DNA from: Antedon mediterranea
Lineage: Eukaryota > Animalia > Echinodermata
Length of the DNA stretch: 64,000 nucleotides
Assembly (NCBI RefSeq): GCF_964355755.1
Contig: NC_092677.1
Location: 12,546,101 to 12,610,100 of the forward strand
Direction: 5' to 3'
The notes under the pieces are model-generated. The model worked only from the letters and a program-made list of their open reading frames with translations. It was not told where the DNA came from and did not search any database. Below, one piece after another: positions 1 to 14,448 of this stretch (its first letter is position 1; each line of letters opens with the position of its first letter). The position numbers and the translations under genes are program-made.

Positions 1-1880
1 TGCCTGCAGCTGTCCTAGGATATGCAGCACCCTGGTCAGGGAATGCAGGCTGCCCGCAGAGATGTTAACCGTTCACCCGACATTGATACAAGCCTAGAGG
101 AAATGGAGAATAGTTTCACAGCATCGCACGTACCATCCATGGAGCGACGATTCAGTTGCTCTTCTGAAATGCCAGTATGTTTAAGCACCTGGTTTGTTAC
201 GGTACAAATTTAGCGCACAACACGATATTATCTCAAACCAAGCGTGCCAACACGTCATACTGCCCCCAGTGTTGGGCATTAAGTAAATACGGCCATTAAT
301 ATATACTTCTTGGAGTTTGTCATTATCTATACCTTTATCTGGTCATACAACTGACAATTCTATCACAATAGGGGCCTATTATAACCCACAGATGAAGTGC
401 AATGAAGATTGTCACATAGTAAAGCTGTATGTACAAAAATAGCCTTCTAAATATAACACTACAAGCTTTGGCTTTGACTCAAAGTGGCTGCATTTGGAAA
501 ACCCATTCACAGAAAACAGATGCATTGACTGGCTATATTATTGGTATATTTCATATATAATTTAAACAAAAATTTAGTTTCATCTCTTTTGAGCATTTAA
601 ATAATTATGGTTAAACAACCATTATTTAATCATTACAATACGATTGTAAAAAAAAAATTTGAAAAGTGTGAGTGAAGATATTTAACATGTTAATTTGGCC
701 AAATTGGACACTATTATGTTTTTCCAAAGCATTTTGATAATCATTCCGATTTTTTCGTCATGTTGAAAAAATTTCACTTGCTTCCTGATATTAAATACAA
801 ATTTCAAATATCATCAAACATTAATTTAAACAATACCGTGTAACAAAAGATTATATTACTGTACTACAAAATATTTCTAATTATTTCAGTACCCGTTGGT
901 TTAATAACCATACAATTTTATACATAAATTAAATTAATTATGAAGCATTTTGAACCCAGGCAGATTACAAAAGAATAGTCTTGTAACAATATTTGCATAA
1001 ATTAAATCCAGATCAATACAATAATGTAAATATGGAATAATAATTAGACAGGAAGCTTTATATGAATTTGTCAACATTACTACTGAAGTTACTGCAGTAA
1101 TGTAAAACAAACCAATGGGAATATTTTATAATCTAAATTTCAAAATGCTATTAACCATCAGTCAGTCTGTCCATCAGTCTGTCTGTCCATCCATCAATCA
1201 ATCCGTTAATAAACCCATCAATCAAAAGTCCATTATCGTTATCAATTTGGATCACAAAATTTGGAAAAGACAGAACTATTAAAGCAATTTAGAGGCGTAC
1301 CCAGAATTTGAAAGGATAAAGTGCTTACTAATAATACCACACTTACAATGATTGGTGTATTTAAAGTACAGATGATTTTCTGTAAAAATTTCTGAAGCAA
1401 TATGATTTGAGCGTAATTTAAATTTTAACTGCTGCTGTAAAACTAAATATAAAATTTTGGGTCGACAGTCAAAATACAGTGGGTGATCTACACATATAGA
1501 ATAACATTTATTTTAAATAATTCAATATTAAATTAAGCACGCCATAAATTAAAACATGTTTTTGCTAACTGCACAAACTAAGTATGATTCCATTTTGTTT
1601 GATTGCTAGTAGACCATAAACAATGTGTTTCTTTTAGGCCAGGACGTTATCAGTAAGCTATGAGGTACGTTGTCGAAACTATGAATGGTCTAATTTTAAG
1701 CACAGCCATGGATAAAGCTTCAATAGAGGAAGTGAATAATTTGTCAATATGCTTGCTTAGAAAACCTGATTTGCTTTATCTTCAATCTTATGCTTAACAA
1801 GGTTCCATCAACACAAGTGACAAGTAATCGGTCATGTGCCTGCCGACACAAATCACAGGTTCTAGTCTCTATTTTATCTG

Positions 1881-2079
1881 GTGGATAAGCGGGTTTCCAG
1901 TCAAAGCACCTGGCCTCATAATCCAAGGATCAGAAGTTCTAGTCCGATGACACATTATTTTATAATATGGTGGTTTTAATAAAAAAAATGAATCCCTAGC
2001 GAGTAAAAATATCACGCTGTCTGGCGTGTGCACTTGAACTTATTCGGTCGCTGTTCAACAAGGTGTATAAATGGGTACC
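1881..2079 (+). mobile_element. Degenerate tRNA-derived CORE-type SINE remnant
   Basis: B-box-like GTTCTAGTCC at 1936-1945. CAAGGTGTATAAATGGGTACC (2059-2079) matches the CORE segment of the better-preserved SINE at 14449-14766. Confidence 0.45.
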
Positions 2080-2135
2080 ATCAAATACTGCAAGTAATGC
2101 AATATCAAAACTGCTATTTAATTTTAATGTATTAT

Positions 2136-2322
2136 TTATTTATACTGGGTAACCCTCTTCAGTCAAAGACTGGTCTCACAGAGGCCCCAGTTATGATCAG
2201 TAACTGTGGGTGACAGTGGCTGTGTGTGGACTAGTACTCGAAAGAGGTTCTTTAAAGTGCACATGAGCTAGATGTATGTGTACACTGGACCAACTGTTTA
2301 TAGTCCTTTTCTGATTAGATTC
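2136..2322 (-). mobile_element. 5'-truncated Deu/Nin-domain-like SINE (copy 2)
   Basis: Reverse complement aligns with 24912-25100: AAGGACTATAAAC, CCAGTGTACACA, CATCTAGCTC.TGTGCAC, GAGACCAGTCTTTGACTGAAGAGG, TACCCAGTATAAATA. Confidence 0.8.
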
Positions 2323-4338
2323 GAAATAAAATACTTTTAATGTTGTTTAGTCCTGCAGATGGACAAATGCGAACATTTAAAATTCAGGTTTAAAACAGGG
2401 TCATATTCAAAGAAAAAACTTGTAGGCCACGATTACTTCACAGTGAAGATATACATGGGCTTAGTGGCTATAACAGGGTGGGCCTATAATAGGATGATCT
2501 TATTGCTATAGTAGTTATGACATTTACAAAGTTTGTTTTTCGTCATTTGATATCGGAAGTGATTTTATGTTGTTTATTAATTTTAACAGTTTTTACTGCT
2601 TTAAGACAAAAAGTAACTCCCCGATGAGTGGAAGTGGTTTTGTTTACACCTAATGACTAACCAATTCTAGGGAGAGACAAATATTATATCAAGTAAACAA
2701 AAACCTTTTCTTTCTCATTGGCCAAATCAAAGAGAAAAAAAAGATTTAGACAATAAAAATAATATACCATACTTATTATTATATCTGCATATTAATAATA
2801 ACAAAGATAAATTAAAGTAACAAGATAGATAACATAAGCAACTAGGCAATTAATTAGTTAATTAATTAAAAGTAGTCAACATTAAATTAAATCAATCTTT
2901 TTAATTAACGCTAAAGTTGCCAATGATTTTGAATGATACTTGATTACAACAATATACAACTGGTGTTGCAGTAAATATTTACATAATCTAAAATGGTCAT
3001 TTGTAAGGAATTAAATCAATTGGTCACATATTGATAAAACATGTTAATTAAAGTTGTTAACATATGCTGACTAGCTTCAGTGACCATTAATAAATTTGTT
3101 GAAATCGGTGCAACTTAGACTCAAATGAGAAATAAAGATATTAAACATATGCCGGTCATTGTAAATATGTATCTATTAACATTAATGAGGATGTAAAAAT
3201 AAAATTGAAAATTATCAAATTAATCAAAAGCTAAATCTCTGTACTGTATCTATAAATTATCCAGTATCATGGCAAATTACAGTGTAATATATTGATTGTT
3301 GAATAAGATATAAATAATCAAATAAAATGGTTGTTGATAGATGGGACATATGTTAACTATAGACCTGACAACATAATCATAAATATATATTACTATCATG
3401 ACAAATTAATGAAACAATAGATAAAGATGGACACAAAATGGTTGTTGAAAGATGGACACAAAATGGTGGAGTACATTTAAATGTCTGTCTTCACCATCGG
3501 TGGTCTAGGCTTCTGCATGAAAGGTGATTGAATTGATTAAGAACTGAGGGATCTCAACAAAAGGAGGGACACAAGCCAGGAAGGAAGCATGATCAATAGA
3601 GAGTCTACATCGTCTTGGGACATCCACGTTAAAATTATACAAGCGAGCCTACCAAATCTAAACCACTCAAGGTCTCGTACAACCAGGTCGAGGTGCATTA
3701 ATCAATACGCGACGCATGTGACTCAACAAGTACGAGTTTAACACTATGTACAATAAAAAAACACTAACCAAATGAGTCGCATATTTTTTCATCATCATTA
3801 AACACTCTCGGATTATCAGCAGTCAATATCTAAAGATATTTAGTGAAGTACTTTTTAATCACCTTTTGGTGATTAATGCTTCGTTTTTCCCAAACACATT
3901 CTTTTAACGACTTTTAACCTATAAGGATGAATCTAAGGCCGATCAATTGGAACTAAAGATAATACAAAACAAAGTCTTTCACAAAAAGTCATTCAATTTA
4001 CCATATATTTTATTACCTAAAACATACCATAAACCTAGTTAAAATTCTTCAATAAAACATGTACTTGTTATTTTAAAAAAAAAGCTTTGAATAATATGTA
4101 TGTTTAAATAAACTTAAACTCAAAATTTTAGTTTTAGGAATTTAGCCCACCTAAAATTACTCATGATGATTTGAAAATGTTTACAGACCATGAGAATTGA
4201 ACCCAGAATCTGTAACCTAGGAAAACTGCAAGTCTACAGCACCAAGCATTTGTTTCTAATTTTAATACATAACCATGTATTTTGAGAGATAAATGTTAAA
4301 ATTGATTAATAAAGGACCTCTAAGTAAAATCAACATAC

Positions 4339-4390
4339 CTTTCCATTGTTTGATCAAATCCCACTGTTATATCCAGTTTTTGTAAAGAAT
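4339..4390 (-). CDS. Candidate 52-bp exon, either internal or ATG-containing, of an unidentified minus-strand gene
   Basis: Acceptor ...ttttgcattatcattatgttttgcag| with no AG in about 40 nt upstream; donor AAG|gtatgt. Only one frame is open (xSLQKLDITVGFDQTME[R/S]), and it contains ATG in AACAATGG context at 4346-4344. Confidence 0.4.
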
Positions 4391-6880
4391 CTGCAAAACA
4401 TAATGATAATGCAAAAGTTGAATAAAGAGAATCCACCAACATACACCTACACTCCACAAAGACAAAAACAACTATAACAAAATATCACCTGAAAGGTATC
4501 AAGATTTATGAATAATGATAACATTAAAAAAATCCAAATCTTTGTAAGGAAATACAGCATGTTCCCATAAACATCCCGCGGGGATATCAGACCAACGACG
4601 TTCTCACATGACAAACATGTACCCTCTGATTCACTGGATTAAAGTAAATTTACATATATTAGCATAATTAGCGATCCCTGGAAGATCTTAGGGTTTGGGT
4701 TTGACAACTTACTGTGAAAATCTAGCTCCCTTAACAGTTAACTTAATGACTAATACGAATAATAGAAAACTAAAACTTTCTGTTTCGTGGGACACCATTT
4801 GTGTATAATCAACAACACTTACAAAAAAAATTATGAAATTTAGAAACAGCTGCAAATAAAAGCTACAAACAAATATTTTATTTCAAAAAATAGCAACAAT
4901 ACATAAATACATGATTATTAATTATTAGCAACACAAACATTTTCCAAAAAATTTGTATAATTAATCCAATTCGAGTCTTGGTCAGGATAACTTATATTTA
5001 AATACTTTTTATTAGGTGCTTTAGAATTTCTCTCTTTTCATTATAATTTATCGAAATAAAACGTCTGCGACACGCAAGTTATTTGTCGTAATTATAATTT
5101 TATTCATTTTTCTTTTGGTAATGGAGATCATTGTTTGTGCTAATATTTTACTTTGTCTTTTAAATAGAATAATGCATTTATTACAACAAAGCAAGACTGG
5201 CATAAGAAAGTCTAAAATAATACCGCTAATTGAACTAACATAGAATATACAATTTCCGATGGAAAGATCGATATGTCATGTTTCTTTGACATTCATCATA
5301 AACAATAAAATTAGAAAAACGAAAGAAAGCTACTAAAATCAATTTTACATAATTCATAATAATAATAATAATTCTTTTTGAAATTAAAGTTTTGAATAAC
5401 TGTTGTATTGTAATTATATGTTAATTAACAGACTTAATTCATTGTTAATAAAAGTAACTATATTTGCATTTTATTTCACAATTTTCAATCAATAATTTAT
5501 TATGTATACAAGACCTATTTAGGTAAAAAACGTTTGAAAATGAATAATACAATTTGCATATTTTACCATTTTTTATTTATATAACAAAACCTTGTGTAAA
5601 AGGGGAAACATCAAACCTATAATTTTGTTAGGCCGTTTTTTCTCTTACTTTTGAAGGTCTACTTTTTTTAAATAAAATAATAACTTAGTTGTGACTTATT
5701 CTATTCTCTTATTTTCATATATCAAACTGTTTTGCCAAATTTATTATTTTTATTATACAAAATATGTGGTTGATGATTATGTTCCGTCAGTAATCAAATT
5801 GTAGTCTATCTAAAAAAAAAGAGAATTAAAAAAAAAAAATAAAAATTTAAGTTGTCCCAACAGTGAAATCAACACTGGTTTTCACACAAATTTTAATCAG
5901 TATTTGTCTACAAGAATATTTATAAAGGAACAATACGTCTCTCTAAGGTAATAACTTACTGCGATATCTTTACAGTAAATCGTAAAAGTTGTCTTTAGAA
6001 AAGTTACATAATCATCTGAGAACATCACACAAATACATTTTGTATGTTCTAAACTTTGTAAAAAATAATTGGTAAATTTTATCTCCTGAAACATTTTATA
6101 ACTTTTATTGAATTCTAATATAATCCTTTTAATTTATTTGTACTTTTTGTTTTCAGTATGGTAATTTTTTTTTTGGTGATAAATCGTGATTATTTTGTGT
6201 TTGTGTGCTTGAAGTCCTTGCTCCTCACATTGCTGGATTTGATTTCAATAATAAAAAACCGGACAAATTATAATTTCAGATTATATTTCTCGTAAATATA
6301 TGGATATTGCAATTATGTTTAACAACAAAAATATATAGATATTATAATTATACTGGAAAGTTACAGTTTTTGTTTTAACAAATGTTTAATGCAATTAAAA
6401 CAAACGTTTTCACAAATCTTTCTAAATTTGACACATGAACTAAGTGAGGTGAACACAATTGGTTCCGCTGCACAAAACAACTTCCCCAACAAGTCGCTTT
6501 CCTCTCGCAAGAGATACAAAAAAATCGCAGAAGGAAAAGTATCTTACAAAGTGTATTTTGGCTGGATAGGTTTCGCAGACAAGCGTACTGGCTACCTGCC
6601 AACAATTTAACTTTTTGTTAAATAGCAGAACAAGACGAGTAATTGGCGAAGGAAAGAAAGATTTTAAATCACGGTGATGAGTAATCGAACATTAAGTCGT
6701 TTGATCAGAATAATCAAATTATGGAGATAAAAGATGACAAGTCTTGAAACAGTAAAAGACAAGAGGGAAAAGAAAGACCTAGATTTAAACTTTATTTTAT
6801 TTCTTAAATTAACCAGAAAAAAAGTTAGTTACTATTACTACATATGAGTCAACCTGTTGTCTTGTACAAGACTCACATTA

Positions 6881-7005
6881 TTTACTAAAAGAGAGAAATA
6901 ATCCAACAGAAATGGTCTGTTGTCACTCGATAGTCAACCATGTATTATTATTGAACATAATTTACTAAAAGATAGAAAAAATATGACAGAAATGGTCTGT
7001 TATCA
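6881..7005. repeat. Degenerate 80-bp tandem duplication
   Basis: TTTACTAAAAGA.AGAAA.AAT...ACAGAAATGGTCTGTT.TCA occurs at 6881 and 6961. Confidence 0.8.
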
Positions 7006-7242
7006 ACCTGCTACAATGTAATATTACATTAACATTAATCAGTATCACAAACATGGAGAGAAAACAAACTAAATTACTACATTGTGAAAACCAAATAGAA
7101 AATGGCCTATTGGCATTTCTCTACTGAATATGTACAAGTGTCTTCAAATCAAAGCACACAAAGTTTTCAGAATTATGACATTATTATACACAATAAACAT
7201 TTTGCTAAAATGTAGGCTGCAACTGACAAATATAAATGTAGC

Positions 7243-7566
7243 AATTTAGCTAAATTACAATAAAAAAAACATTTTGATTAGAAAAAATGTACCCAGGTTA
7301 TTTTCAGCTTTGATTGGAGAAACAAAGCTATAGATTTATTACATACTTTAGCTTAAATTACAACATTTTGCAATCAACATTTCGTTGCAAAGGTTGTTAG
7401 CAATTTGCGTTTACCCAGGAATTATTTCATTACAAAAAAATGCGTTTTCAAAATTAGAGAGAGATAAGACCTAGATTTATACTCTATTTCAGCTCAAATT
7501 ACAATTATTTTAAAATTAACATGTTATTTCAACGCTAATATTTTTATTGTAGATTTGTACCCAGGG
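7243..7566. repeat. Old, highly decayed tandem repeat (3 units, about 100-145 bp)
   Basis: TT.AGCT..AAATTACAA followed by TACCCAGG recurs three times (TACCCAGG near 7290, 7412 and 7558). Confidence 0.5.
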
Positions 7567-10500
7567 AATGCAGTGATTTCATTCGAGTTTTGTCTTTGCG
7601 TTTTTAAGTACTTCAGCTGTCATTCGCAAACAATGCCATAACTAACAACTGACCAGCATAAAAACAACTAATTTGGCCTATGAAATGTTAAAACTCCAAT
7701 CAGCTGAACTGATACAATGATCAGCGATGATTTTTATGTCAACACGTAGAATCCAATTAACATAGAGGGCGTGCTTTGATATTTAGTTTCACAAACGAAT
7801 TACGCAATCAGTAAGATGAAGCTGTCGAATATTTCACATCAGTGGAGAAAAACTTGACAAATACGCAACGACATATATAGCCGTCATATGCACAATATTT
7901 AGTTACTTAAAGCGTCTCAAATTTTCCATCCTTCATCACGTAAATATTCAAAGTATATTAGAAAATTATCTACATTAATGAAGATTTGATGCAATTTATC
8001 TCTACACACTTTTTACATTTCAGCTAATTATATTCTCCACATTAGCATAACACATTCATTTTGAAAAAAAATATGCGATTGAACGAAACCATGCTATGAG
8101 TGTAATTAATACACAGAATTAAAACACACACAAGAGCATACTATTAATTTATGCCATCTGGTATACGATGTATTGATACTTCTCTGTTAATTGAGAAAAC
8201 CAAGCCTATCGTTTATGAACAAATAACAATGCCTTGTCTTTACACAATAAGAAGGCAATTTGATGGTAAAAATAAACTAAACTCCGGTTTCGGGTTGCTT
8301 TTAAATACCATCTGTTTAATACGTTAAACGCAGGTTATGTCGGAGATGAGCAATAGGCAATGTTCTTTAATTATTTAGCTGATTTCCTTATAAAACAAAG
8401 CACTCTTACACAACTTACAATTCCCAGAGGCAAAAACATACAAAAAATAAATCCATGTAATATAATAATTATAATAAAATATTGTCATTAAAATTAATAA
8501 TTTAAAATATTATTCTACTGTATTTGTCATTGTTTTATAAATATCCTATGTTATATATTATTATCATTATTTTTAGCAACTCATAAGCAAAAATTATGAT
8601 TTTTCTCAGTTACATTTTCATTTTATTAAATTTAAAACAGTATGGAGAGACATAGGTAACATAGTGTTAAGTTGTTAATAAATAGCAGTCGTAATGTATA
8701 ATTAAACTAAAAATCAACCTCTCCACAAACAATGTATGGTGAAATATATAAAATATGTTCAGTGTTATATATTATATATTGCATTGTTAAGTTAAATAAA
8801 AAAATATCTTTTAAATTATTCTGTTTTGAATATTGTGTTAGTACTGAATTTATTAATAAAAAAACAGGTTTAACTATTTTCATAATTTATTTTTATCGAT
8901 TCAAAATACTAAATAGTAAATATATACACATATCCTCCATTGACCCTATAAAGTTTGTACCCACACAGACAGAAATCTGTATGTTTATATCCCAGTTTTT
9001 CCGCATACAAAAGACGAGATGTTAACCCTGTTTTGTTAAAAGAATGTCATGGTCGAATGGAGTTGAAATAGGTGACTCGAGGAAGTCATACAAGCATATT
9101 TTTCCCGGTCACCCGGCCTTGACGACGGATCAACTGTGTGATGATCAGATATGAAATGCAATAACCTGTTTAAACAAGTGATATCGCTTGTTCAATACAA
9201 GGAATACAAATATACAATGTAATTGAAGGAATATCACTTTTCTGAATTCAAATTTACAATAATCAATAAAAACCAAATAATTTCAGCGACCAAATGAAGA
9301 CATTTTCCAGAAAAGGCACTTATTGGCATAATATATTTTATGGGAAGTATTAAAATTGAACAGTCTTTAAGAAATTTTACAAGTAAGAGAATTTTCTCTA
9401 ATTAGCTAAAATTCATGGGAAATTGCAATTCCATAGGAACTGGAGCATGATTAGCCGCAAACTTAATTTTTTCATGCATCTCACAGACCTGATCATTTAA
9501 AAGATGAAAGTAATGTGTTAACAGCTCTAAATGTTTTATCATTTAAACCCAATGTTTTCATGGTGCTATTTTTGTATAGGTAATCTTTAATAAGTTTCTT
9601 TTTTTTAAACTCACAACAAGATTTGGTTGTTGTACGTATCAATTGATCAGAAAGGCAATTTGATTATTCCAATGTTAAATCATAAATGTTATGTATTAAT
9701 GTTCGCCTTTAAATTTAGCAAAATTTCTTTTCAAAATTAAAGAATAATTATCTAAATATTCAAAAATATTATTAATCCTAACAATATCATGCATAAAGTA
9801 CTAATTTATTTTAAATTAGAAATTTAATTAATTTCTATCACAAGAAAAATTAATCCAATGATTATAAAAAATACAATGTAATTAATAATTTTAGAAATTA
9901 TTTATCAAGGATTAATTTCTAATGTATAAATCATAATATTGCCAAGAATCGATAATTAATTTATGCGTGAATTTCAACAAAAGCATGTTTATTTTGATTT
10001 GAAACCGATTATTAATTATGAAACTACACACATTGTTCATTTTCTGATGTATACAATGACTGTTTGGCTTAACAAGACAAGAAACAGGAAACAATCTAGA
10101 ATGCATCGTACACATATCAAGACGTTCTCATCTGCAAGTTAAACCACTTGTTGTATGGTTTCGATATGTTGAAAATACTAATACAATGCCACGGAATAAC
10201 AAATATATACAGTAATATGTCATAAAAAAATCTATCAAAATATGACAAGGTTAACCATGATTGGACATTGCAGAATAGTTTACTTTTTATTTAAGTATGG
10301 CGTGGGTTTGCGAAGATCTATCCGATGGCGGCCCGACAAACACTAGTTCAACAGAAAATTGATATCACTTTTTTTTTTACCAAAAACCATGTTTGCTCCA
10401 GAAAAAAAAAATTAACATTACCCTCAATACATGATTAATTTAGCTCTAACAAACCTTAATGAAAATTTTCTTTAAAATACTGTATATCCATGATATTAAA

Positions 10501-11317
10501 TGTTAGACAAAAATGAAATCTAATACCTGAAAATTGTTCTTAAATCGACTAATTTCTTGCGAATGTCGTAGAATTCCATAGAAGCCGTTTAACAAAAATG
10601 GACTTAATTGTTGGCTATATTACTAAGCTGTGCGAATTAATACCAAGGACAACATCATTTATTGTCTAGCAGACGTTTCATTGGATGGAAAAAATATGCA
10701 TATCAAATACACGGACATTTTTCTTTTCACCTTATTAATTGCAATTTTAACTTGAGTGTAAGTGTGTGCTATGTGTAAAGACGACGTATGTATCTCTCAC
10801 ATGCATTCATTTTAATTATTCCGTTTACACAATCAGATCCCCTTTTTTCTAAAACGATTCTCAATGTTTTCTATTTTCACAGCATTGCTGAAGAATATGA
10901 ATAAATTTCCTATTTTTAATTAATGTGAAGATGATAATCTAAGAATTGCAAGTATAAATTTCATTAAAATCTTTTGTCAATATGCATTCATTAATCAAAA
11001 TTATAATTCTTTGTTTTTAATGTGACTTATTAAAAGAGATTATCATAATTCTACATAATTTTATAATAATATTGGAACAAAATTAAATCATTTCTTTTAT
11101 AATTTATTAATTTCTTAACATTAAACTCATCTTATCCTATTACTTATTCATAGTTTTAATTACTAAAGGAAAAGATTTACATAACAAATAATGTGGAAAG
11201 GAAATCTGCTATAGAGTGAAGAAAGACAACCCTGAACTTGGTGTAGTTAATACAATGGTAGCTGTTGTTGTAGGCACTATAGGTAACAAACTAATAATGA
11301 CAGCAACGACAAAAATA

Positions 11318-12899
11318 GAAACAGTTAGTAGAGATTACAACCACTACAAGTAGCAGCAGCAAAGACAAAAAAGAAACAGTAGAGATTATAACAACTACAA
11401 GCAGCAGCAGCAGCAAGAAACAGCTTTTAGTAGAACTTAGTAGCAGCAGCAAGATTATAGAAACAGCTTTTACTAGAACTTAAACCACTACAAGCAGTAA
11501 GTAGCAGCAAGATTAGTAGAAAGAGCTTTTAGTAGAACTTACAACCACTACAAGTAGCAGCAGCAATATTAGTAGAAAGAGCTTTTTAGTAAAACTTACA
11601 ACCACTACAAGTAGCAGCAGCAATATTAGTAGAAAGAGCTTTTTAGTAAAACTTACAACCACTACAAGTAGCAGCAGCAAGATTATAGAAATTGTTTTTA
11701 GTAAAACTTAAAACCACTACAAGTAGTAGCAATATTAGTAGAAAGAGCTTTTTAGTAGAACTTACAACCACTACAAGTAGTAGCAGCAAGATTAGAAGAA
11801 AAAAGCTTGTACTAGAACTTACAACCACTACAAGTAGCAGCAGCAAGAGTAGAAGAAAAAAGCTTGTACTAGAACTTACAACCACTACAAGTAGCAGCAG
11901 CAATATTAGTAGAAAGAGCTTTTTAGTAGAACTTACAACCACTACAAGTAGTAGCAGCAAGATTAGAAGAAAAAAGCTTGTACTAGAACTTACAACCACT
12001 ACAAGTAGCAGCAGCAAGAGTAGAAGAAAAAAGCTTGTACTAGAACTTACAACCACTACAAGTAGCAGCAGCAATATTAGTAGAAAGAGCTTTTTAGTAG
12101 AACTTACAACCACTACAAGTAGTAGCAGCAAGATTAGAAGAAAAAAGCTTGTACTAGAACTTACAACCACTACAAGTAGCAGCAGCAAGAGTAGAAGAAA
12201 AAAGCTTGTACTAGAACTTACAACCACTACAAGTAGCAGCAGCAATATTAGTAGAAAGAGCTTTTTAGTAGAACTTACAACCACTACAAGTAGTAGCAGC
12301 AAGAGTAGAAGAAAAAAGCTTGTACTAGAACTTACAACCACTACAAGTAGCAGCAGCAAGAGTAGAAGAAAAAAGCTTGTACTAGAACTTACAACCACTA
12401 CAAGTAGCAGCAGCAATATTAGTAGAAAGAGCTTTTTAGTAGAACTTACAACCACTACAAGTAGTAGCAGCAAGAGTAGAAGAAAAAAGCTTGTACTAGA
12501 ACTTACAACCACTACAAGTAGCAGCAGCAAGAGTAGAAGAAAAAAGCTTGTACTAGAACTTACAACCACTACAAGTAGCAGCAGCAATATTAGTAGAAAG
12601 AGCTTTTTAGTAGAACTTACAACCACTACAAGTAGTAGCAGCAAGAGTAGAAGAAAAAAGCTTGTACTAGAACTTACAACCACTACAAGTAGCAGCAGCA
12701 ATATTAATAGAAATAGCTATTAGTAGAACTTACAACCCTCACAAGTAGCAGCAGCAATATTAATAGAAACAGCTATTAGTAGAACTTACAACCCTCACAA
12801 GTAGCAGCAGCAGCAATATTAATAGAAACAGCTATTAGTAGAACTTACAACCCTCACAAGTAGCAGCAGCAATATTAATAGAAACAGCTATTAGTAGAA
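11318..12899. repeat. Satellite/minisatellite array, 57-bp monomer with 171-bp trimeric higher-order repeat
   Basis: Core AGAACTTACAACCACTACAAGTAGYAGCAGCAA repeats every 57 bp. Variant AGTAGAAAGAGCTTTTTAG occurs at 11737, 11908, 12079, 12250, 12421 and 12592 (171-bp spacing). The left edge is degenerate and the right edge has about 56-bp CCCTCAC variant units. Confidence 0.97.
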
Positions 12900-13751
12900 T
12901 CAATTAGTACAAGTAGTATTATAACACTTGGTAGTTGTAAATACTGCTTAATATTCTATTGTATTAGTGAAGGATATACCAATTATAAAAGATGTTATCT
13001 TTACAGAGTAATTAAAAACAGAAGACATTCAGCATAACAAAAACAAGTAATTATCCTTGTTTTTCACCCTTTCTATTAAATGTCCTGATCGGGTCAGTTA
13101 AACGGTCAAAATCATAAACTATTGTAGATTACATAATCGCATTGATTTCTCCCACTTTAATCAATCTCAAAATGTTAGATCAAGCACTTGATCACCATGA
13201 AACAATTCTTTTAGAATTTCTGATTAACAACAACAGTCTATGAAGCTGCGTCTAATTCTTTGTCTCCAACTCTACATTGTTATGTAAATGATAAAATACA
13301 ATAACTGTCACTAAGGTAATTAATAGACCTTGCTTGTTTTGTCTCTTCAGTTTTGCAAGACAAAAAAAATGTAATATAAAATTGTTAGGAACAAAAGTAG
13401 TCATTTTATTTTTTCTGTACCTTTTATAAGCAATATAGATTAGTTTCATATCTATTACAATTTTGTATTGTTAATATAGTTGTGTTCAATAACAATATCA
13501 ATGAAAAAATACTGCACTAATGCGAAACAACCATATTTTCTCATTAATGGCAGAATTGTTTTTATAAATTTGAAAGAGAAAACATTGGATGAACCTCAAA
13601 AATAACATGGCAACCTTTATAATACTCAACAAAATGTGTAAAATTAATGGATCTTTTCCTTATTAACCAGAAATATTTTATTGTTTTAAACTTATTTTTT
13701 TTTAAAAAGAAGTTTTATATATAAAATAAATTTGAAGCATAATATATAATA

Positions 13752-13872
13752 CAGTAAACTCTCTAAATACCGATTTTGAGCTGGTCTAATTCAATAAGTC
13801 CGATATTCAAAATGTGTTTTTAATGTTAAAGTAAGTTTGGGGAATGTTTCCAAGTTTTCAAAGAGTCCGGTG
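13752..13872. mobile_element. Degenerate pogo/Tc1-mariner-type MITE (family of 27273-27438)
   Basis: TA|CAGTAAACTCTCTAAATACC left end. Internal GCTGGTCTAA, GATATTC..AATGTG.TTTTAATG and TTTGGG motifs are shared with the 27273 and 31277 copies. Right end is decayed. Confidence 0.6.
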
Positions 13873-14448
13873 TTTTTTTACAGTAGTTGACAGTAAATAA
13901 ATATGTTATTTTGATTAACGATTTTCCTTTAAAAGTTGACCTGCACAAGTTAAATATAGTCACAGCTATCTTATCTTAAACGTAATACATGTGGGGTATG
14001 CATAGGGTCAGGTGCATTGTCAGAGTTCACGCTCTGGTGAAGAGTATCGGCTTCTCATTTACTTCATCTCAAAGTGGGATTTAAATTTGAATATCATTTC
14101 TTAATCCGACAGTCTTGAAGTTATTAACATCGAATCTGCAGCGTAAGTCTCTAGATCTGTAAAAGCTTCGACGAGCGAAAGCGACATCTTTTCATTAGCA
14201 AAAGATTTAGCCAGGACTCTCAACCTCCAGTAACCCACGAATCATATCTACCTAATTTCTTATTATTTTTATGATGATGATTCCATATAGTCTAGAGGGG
14301 AAAACAAGTAATTATAACATAACCATCTATTTTCAAGATTATTATCTTTCATCAAAGATTATATCAGTAAATAATGAAAAAACTATAAAAAGTCTACAGT
14401 ATAATACTACTATCCACAAATTGAATAGGTAACCCTGTGTCTATGATT

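Noticed and set aside
22-213. 63-aa ORF in a GC-richer stretch at the window start
   Set aside because: No recognisable domain, an in-frame stop just upstream and weak splice signals. It cannot be judged without the sequence to the left.
11643-12723. 343-aa and 352-aa ORFs on opposite strands (Ser/Thr/Lys-rich and Leu/Val-rich)
   Set aside because: Both arise because the 57-bp unit is a multiple of 3 without stops in those frames. Neither has a real ATG, and the frames break where units become 56 bp.
11500-12899. CRISPR-like appearance of constant core plus variable part
   Set aside because: The variable parts are only three or four recurring related variants, not unique spacers. The context is eukaryotic with no cas genes.
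14113-14142. Plus-strand 30-bp microexon candidate (LEVINIESA, gacag / gtaagt)
   Set aside because: Isolated, opposite in strand to the better candidates, and such matches are expected by chance.
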